Shown: piece by piece, positions 61,110-64,000 of the stretch
How positions within the stretch are numbered: position 1 is the stretch's first letter
Layout of the letters: every line of letters starts with the position of its first letter
Assembly (NCBI GenBank): GCA_051313645.2
Contig: JBNRSN020000010.1
Coordinates: forward strand, 47,740,001-47,804,000
Source of the DNA: Centroscyllium fabricii
Lineage: Eukaryota
Direction: 5' to 3'
DNA: 64,000 nucleotides
The notes under the pieces: generated by a model
Seen by the model: only the letters and a program-made list of their open reading frames with translations
What the model was told of the DNA's origin: nothing
Database searches by the model: none
Translations under genes and position numbers: made by a program

Positions 61110-62470
61110 TTTAAGGGGATTGCCTCGATATGTGCGATTTCCTCCCCTCTATTAAGTGCACAGCTTTGTTTTTGTCTTATGTATGTAGTCATTTTAACCT
61201 GTAATTTTGTTAGATCTGTAATAAAAGCATTAGCTTTCTTGTAATGAAACCACAACTCCGCCTGCCGTTTGTCTTATCACCGCTGGATAGGTCCCGGGAT
61301 TAGAACGGAGTAAAAAGGGGGGGGGGCGTGTTCAAACCACACGGTCTCCCAAGTGTCGATTTAAAGAATATTAGGGCGCTTCAAACCCGCCAAACCAAGG
61401 AACAGCAGACTAGGGAAAGGGGAGAGGACTCCAGTCTCGAGAATACCCCCACAGGTTAGGTATAAACTGTGTGGGTCGCCACCGTATTGAGTTATCCTCT
61501 AAAAGCTGTTGTCTCCCTATCTCCTTAGAGGGTGTTTCGTGACACCCGAACCTGCAGGCTAACATAAGCTGCAAGGAGTATAAAGGAGACAGAAGCCTCT
61601 TACACCAACAGGCACTAGAGACCCCTGCAATTGGGCAGACCAAAACCCCCTACAGCCAGACCAGGTACCAGAACAGAGCCCGACCAGGTACCGGAACACA
61701 GCCCGACCAGGTACTGGAACAGAGCCCGACCAGGTACATAGACTTATGCTAGGTGTAAGAGAAGGGGGTTAGGGGATTGCTAAAATTGTCATTTTAGAGA
61801 TTTTTTCCCTCGATATGTTTGTTTCCTTCCTCCCATTAAGTGCACAGCTATAATTTTGTCTTATGTATGTTTAGTTGTTTTAACCTGTAATTTTGTTCGA
61901 TCTGTAATAAAACCATTAGTTTCTTGTAATGAAACCACGACTCTGCCTGCTGTTTGCCTTATCACTACAGGATAAGTCCCAGGGTCAGAACTGAGTAAAA
62001 AGGGGAGCGATTCAAACCACACTGTCTCCAAGTATCTATTTAAAGTATATTCTCCACCCAAATTCTGGAGTTAGAGCCAGATAGGTGCATTAGGGTGCTT
62101 CAAACCCACCAAACCAGGGAACAGCAGACCAGGGAAAAGGGAGAGGACTCCAGCGGCACATAGGCTCAAGAATACCCCCACAGGTTAGGTATAAACTGTG
62201 TGGGTCACCACCGTACTGAGTTCTCCTCTATAAACTGTTGTTTCCCTATCTCCTTAGAGGATGTTTCATGACACCTGACCTGCAGGCTAACATAAGCTGA
62301 AAGGGGATAAAGGAGACCGAGGTCCAATACACCAATAGGCACTAGAGACCCCTGCAATTGGGCAGACCAAAACTCCTTACACAGGCCCAGTGCCAGGATT
62401 AGTGACAGGCCCGGTGCCGGGATTAGTGACAGACCCGGTGCCGGGATTAGTGACAGGCCCGGTACTGGAA
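61110..62470. repeat. Two diverged ~0.6-kb direct repeats, each followed by minisatellite units
   Basis: 61110-61650 and 61790-62380 share attaagtgcacagct, gatctgtaataaaa, ccacaggttaggtataaactgtgtggg and ggcactagagacccctgcaattgggcagacc. Confidence 0.8.
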
Positions 62471-62488
62471 AAGAGACAGCCCAGGTGC

Positions 62489-64000
62489 TGTGACAGGTGT
62501 GGTAATGGACCCAGGTGCAGAACAAACAGCCAGAGACATAAGATGCAGTAGAACTCAGAAAATACTTTACCAGAAGGCTCTTCAAACAACAGATCAAGTA
62601 ACAATTCCAAAACAACAGGACATACACAACTCTGTGACTTGCGGGCTCAAGACCGAGTGACTGGGGCTGGAAATAGTTGGCTTAAATAACAGGCCTGATT
62701 ACTTCAATGAGCCAATTATTTGAATGAGACACAGGTGAGGAGAGAGTCACTGAGACTTGGCAGCAGGGTACAGAGTCATCCTAAACCGCCCTATGGTGGC
62801 TGGCAGAGGAACGAGTAGCTGGAATCCTGACAGTACCTCCCCGCCAAGGGACGGCACCTGACATACCCACAAAGCCTCTGGCTGGCGCCGGTGGAACTGC
62901 CGGACAAGCCCAGGATCCAGGATGTCCCGAGTCGGAACCCAGGAGCGCTCCTCAGGGCCGTAGCCCTCCCAATCCACCAAATACTGGAGTCCCCCATAGA
63001 CCCGGCGGGAGCGAAGAAGACGGCGGACGGTGCAGGCGGGCTGGCCCCCTACTAGTTGAGGGGATGGAGGTGGTCTGGTGGCTGGAGACAGGGGACTGGA
63101 CCGCACAAGTTTGAGTCGAGAGACATGGAAGGAAGGATGGATCCTCATGGATTGAGGAACAGGAGACGGTAGGTAACTGGGTTTATCTTCCGGAGTATCT
63201 TGAATGGACTGACGAAGCGAGGAGCCAGTTTGCGGGACTCGACCCGCAGGGGAAGGTCCCGGGTGGAGAGCCACACCATCTACCCGGGCCGGAGCAAAGG
63301 GGCAAGATTGCGTCATCAGTTGGCCTGGATCCTCTGTCTACGTGATGCCAGTTGCAGTGCCGAACGGGCCTTTCTCCAGGTCCTCCAGCAGCGCCGGATG
63401 AACAACTCAGCTGACAGTACCCCCAACTCAGACTCCTGCTCAGGGAACAACGGAGGTCGGTACCTGACCTGACATTCGAACGGGGACATCCCAATGGCAG
63501 AGTTCTGTAATGTGTTGAGCATATTCCGCCCAAATGAGGTGTTTGCTCCAAGTAGAGGGGTTGGAGGAGGCGAGGCAATGCAGGCTTGTCTCCAGGTCTT
63601 GATTCACCCTCTCGGTTTGCCCATTGGACTGGGGATGGTAACCCAAGGAGAGGCTGACCACTGCACCCAGGAGACGACAGAAAGCCTTCCAGAACCGGGA
63701 GGTGAACTGGGGACCACGGTCTGACACTATGTCTAGGAGAAGGCCGTGTAGGCGGAAGACACCCTGCGCCATAAGTTCTGCGGTTTCTCGTGCGGAAGGA
63801 AGCTTGGGCAGGGGGACGAAGTGGCAGGCCTTGGAGAACCAGTCGACAACAAGTAGGATGGCAGTGCTACCCCGGGATGGTGGCAGACAAAGTCCACGGA
63901 AAGGTGGGACCAAGGATGGTTCGGAATGGGGAGTGGATGAAGGAGGCCAAGTGGACATGTCCTGGGGTTCTTCTGCTGGGCACAGGTGCTACAAGCTAAG
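62489..64000 (-). mobile_element. Chromovirus (Sushi-like) Gypsy 3' part: integrase, chromodomain, PPT and 3' LTR (~62489-62832)
   Basis: [57 protein letters not shown] chromodomain; PPT ggcggggaggtac then tgtcagg. Confidence 0.9.

Noticed and set aside
8803-64000. Strand-biased piRNA-cluster-like TE trap
   Set aside because: TE orientations are mixed; this cannot be supported without small-RNA data.

Overview
Vertebrate genomic DNA, almost certainly from a cartilaginous fish given the HE1-like V-SINEs, a Deu-domain SINE and CR1/L2/Penelope content. I could not identify any host gene with confidence. The window is a dense nest of transposable elements. It holds four two-LTR Ty3/Gypsy proviruses plus one truncated relative from a single lineage (A 8803-13671, B 15705-21886, C 27357-32207, D ~45720-48170, E 51035-56154) and three solo LTRs. 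It also holds a deleted CsRn1-type Gypsy, a chromovirus (Sushi-like) 3' end and a 9.4 kb PIF/Harbinger transposon. Smaller elements include Harbinger, hAT and Tc1 non-autonomous copies, CR1/L2/RTE LINE fragments, Penelope fragments with minimal hammerhead ribozymes, and many SINEs. Main observation: none of the five divergent Gypsy families A-E has a tRNA primer-binding site. In each, the sequence just after the 5' LTR is a 12-15 nt perfect complement of that element's own poly(A)-signal region, with compensatory changes between families, next to a U5-terminal hairpin. This suggests tRNA-independent self-priming and/or poly(A) occlusion outside the known Tf1/Sushi chromovirus group. All calls were made by eye, without database searches.
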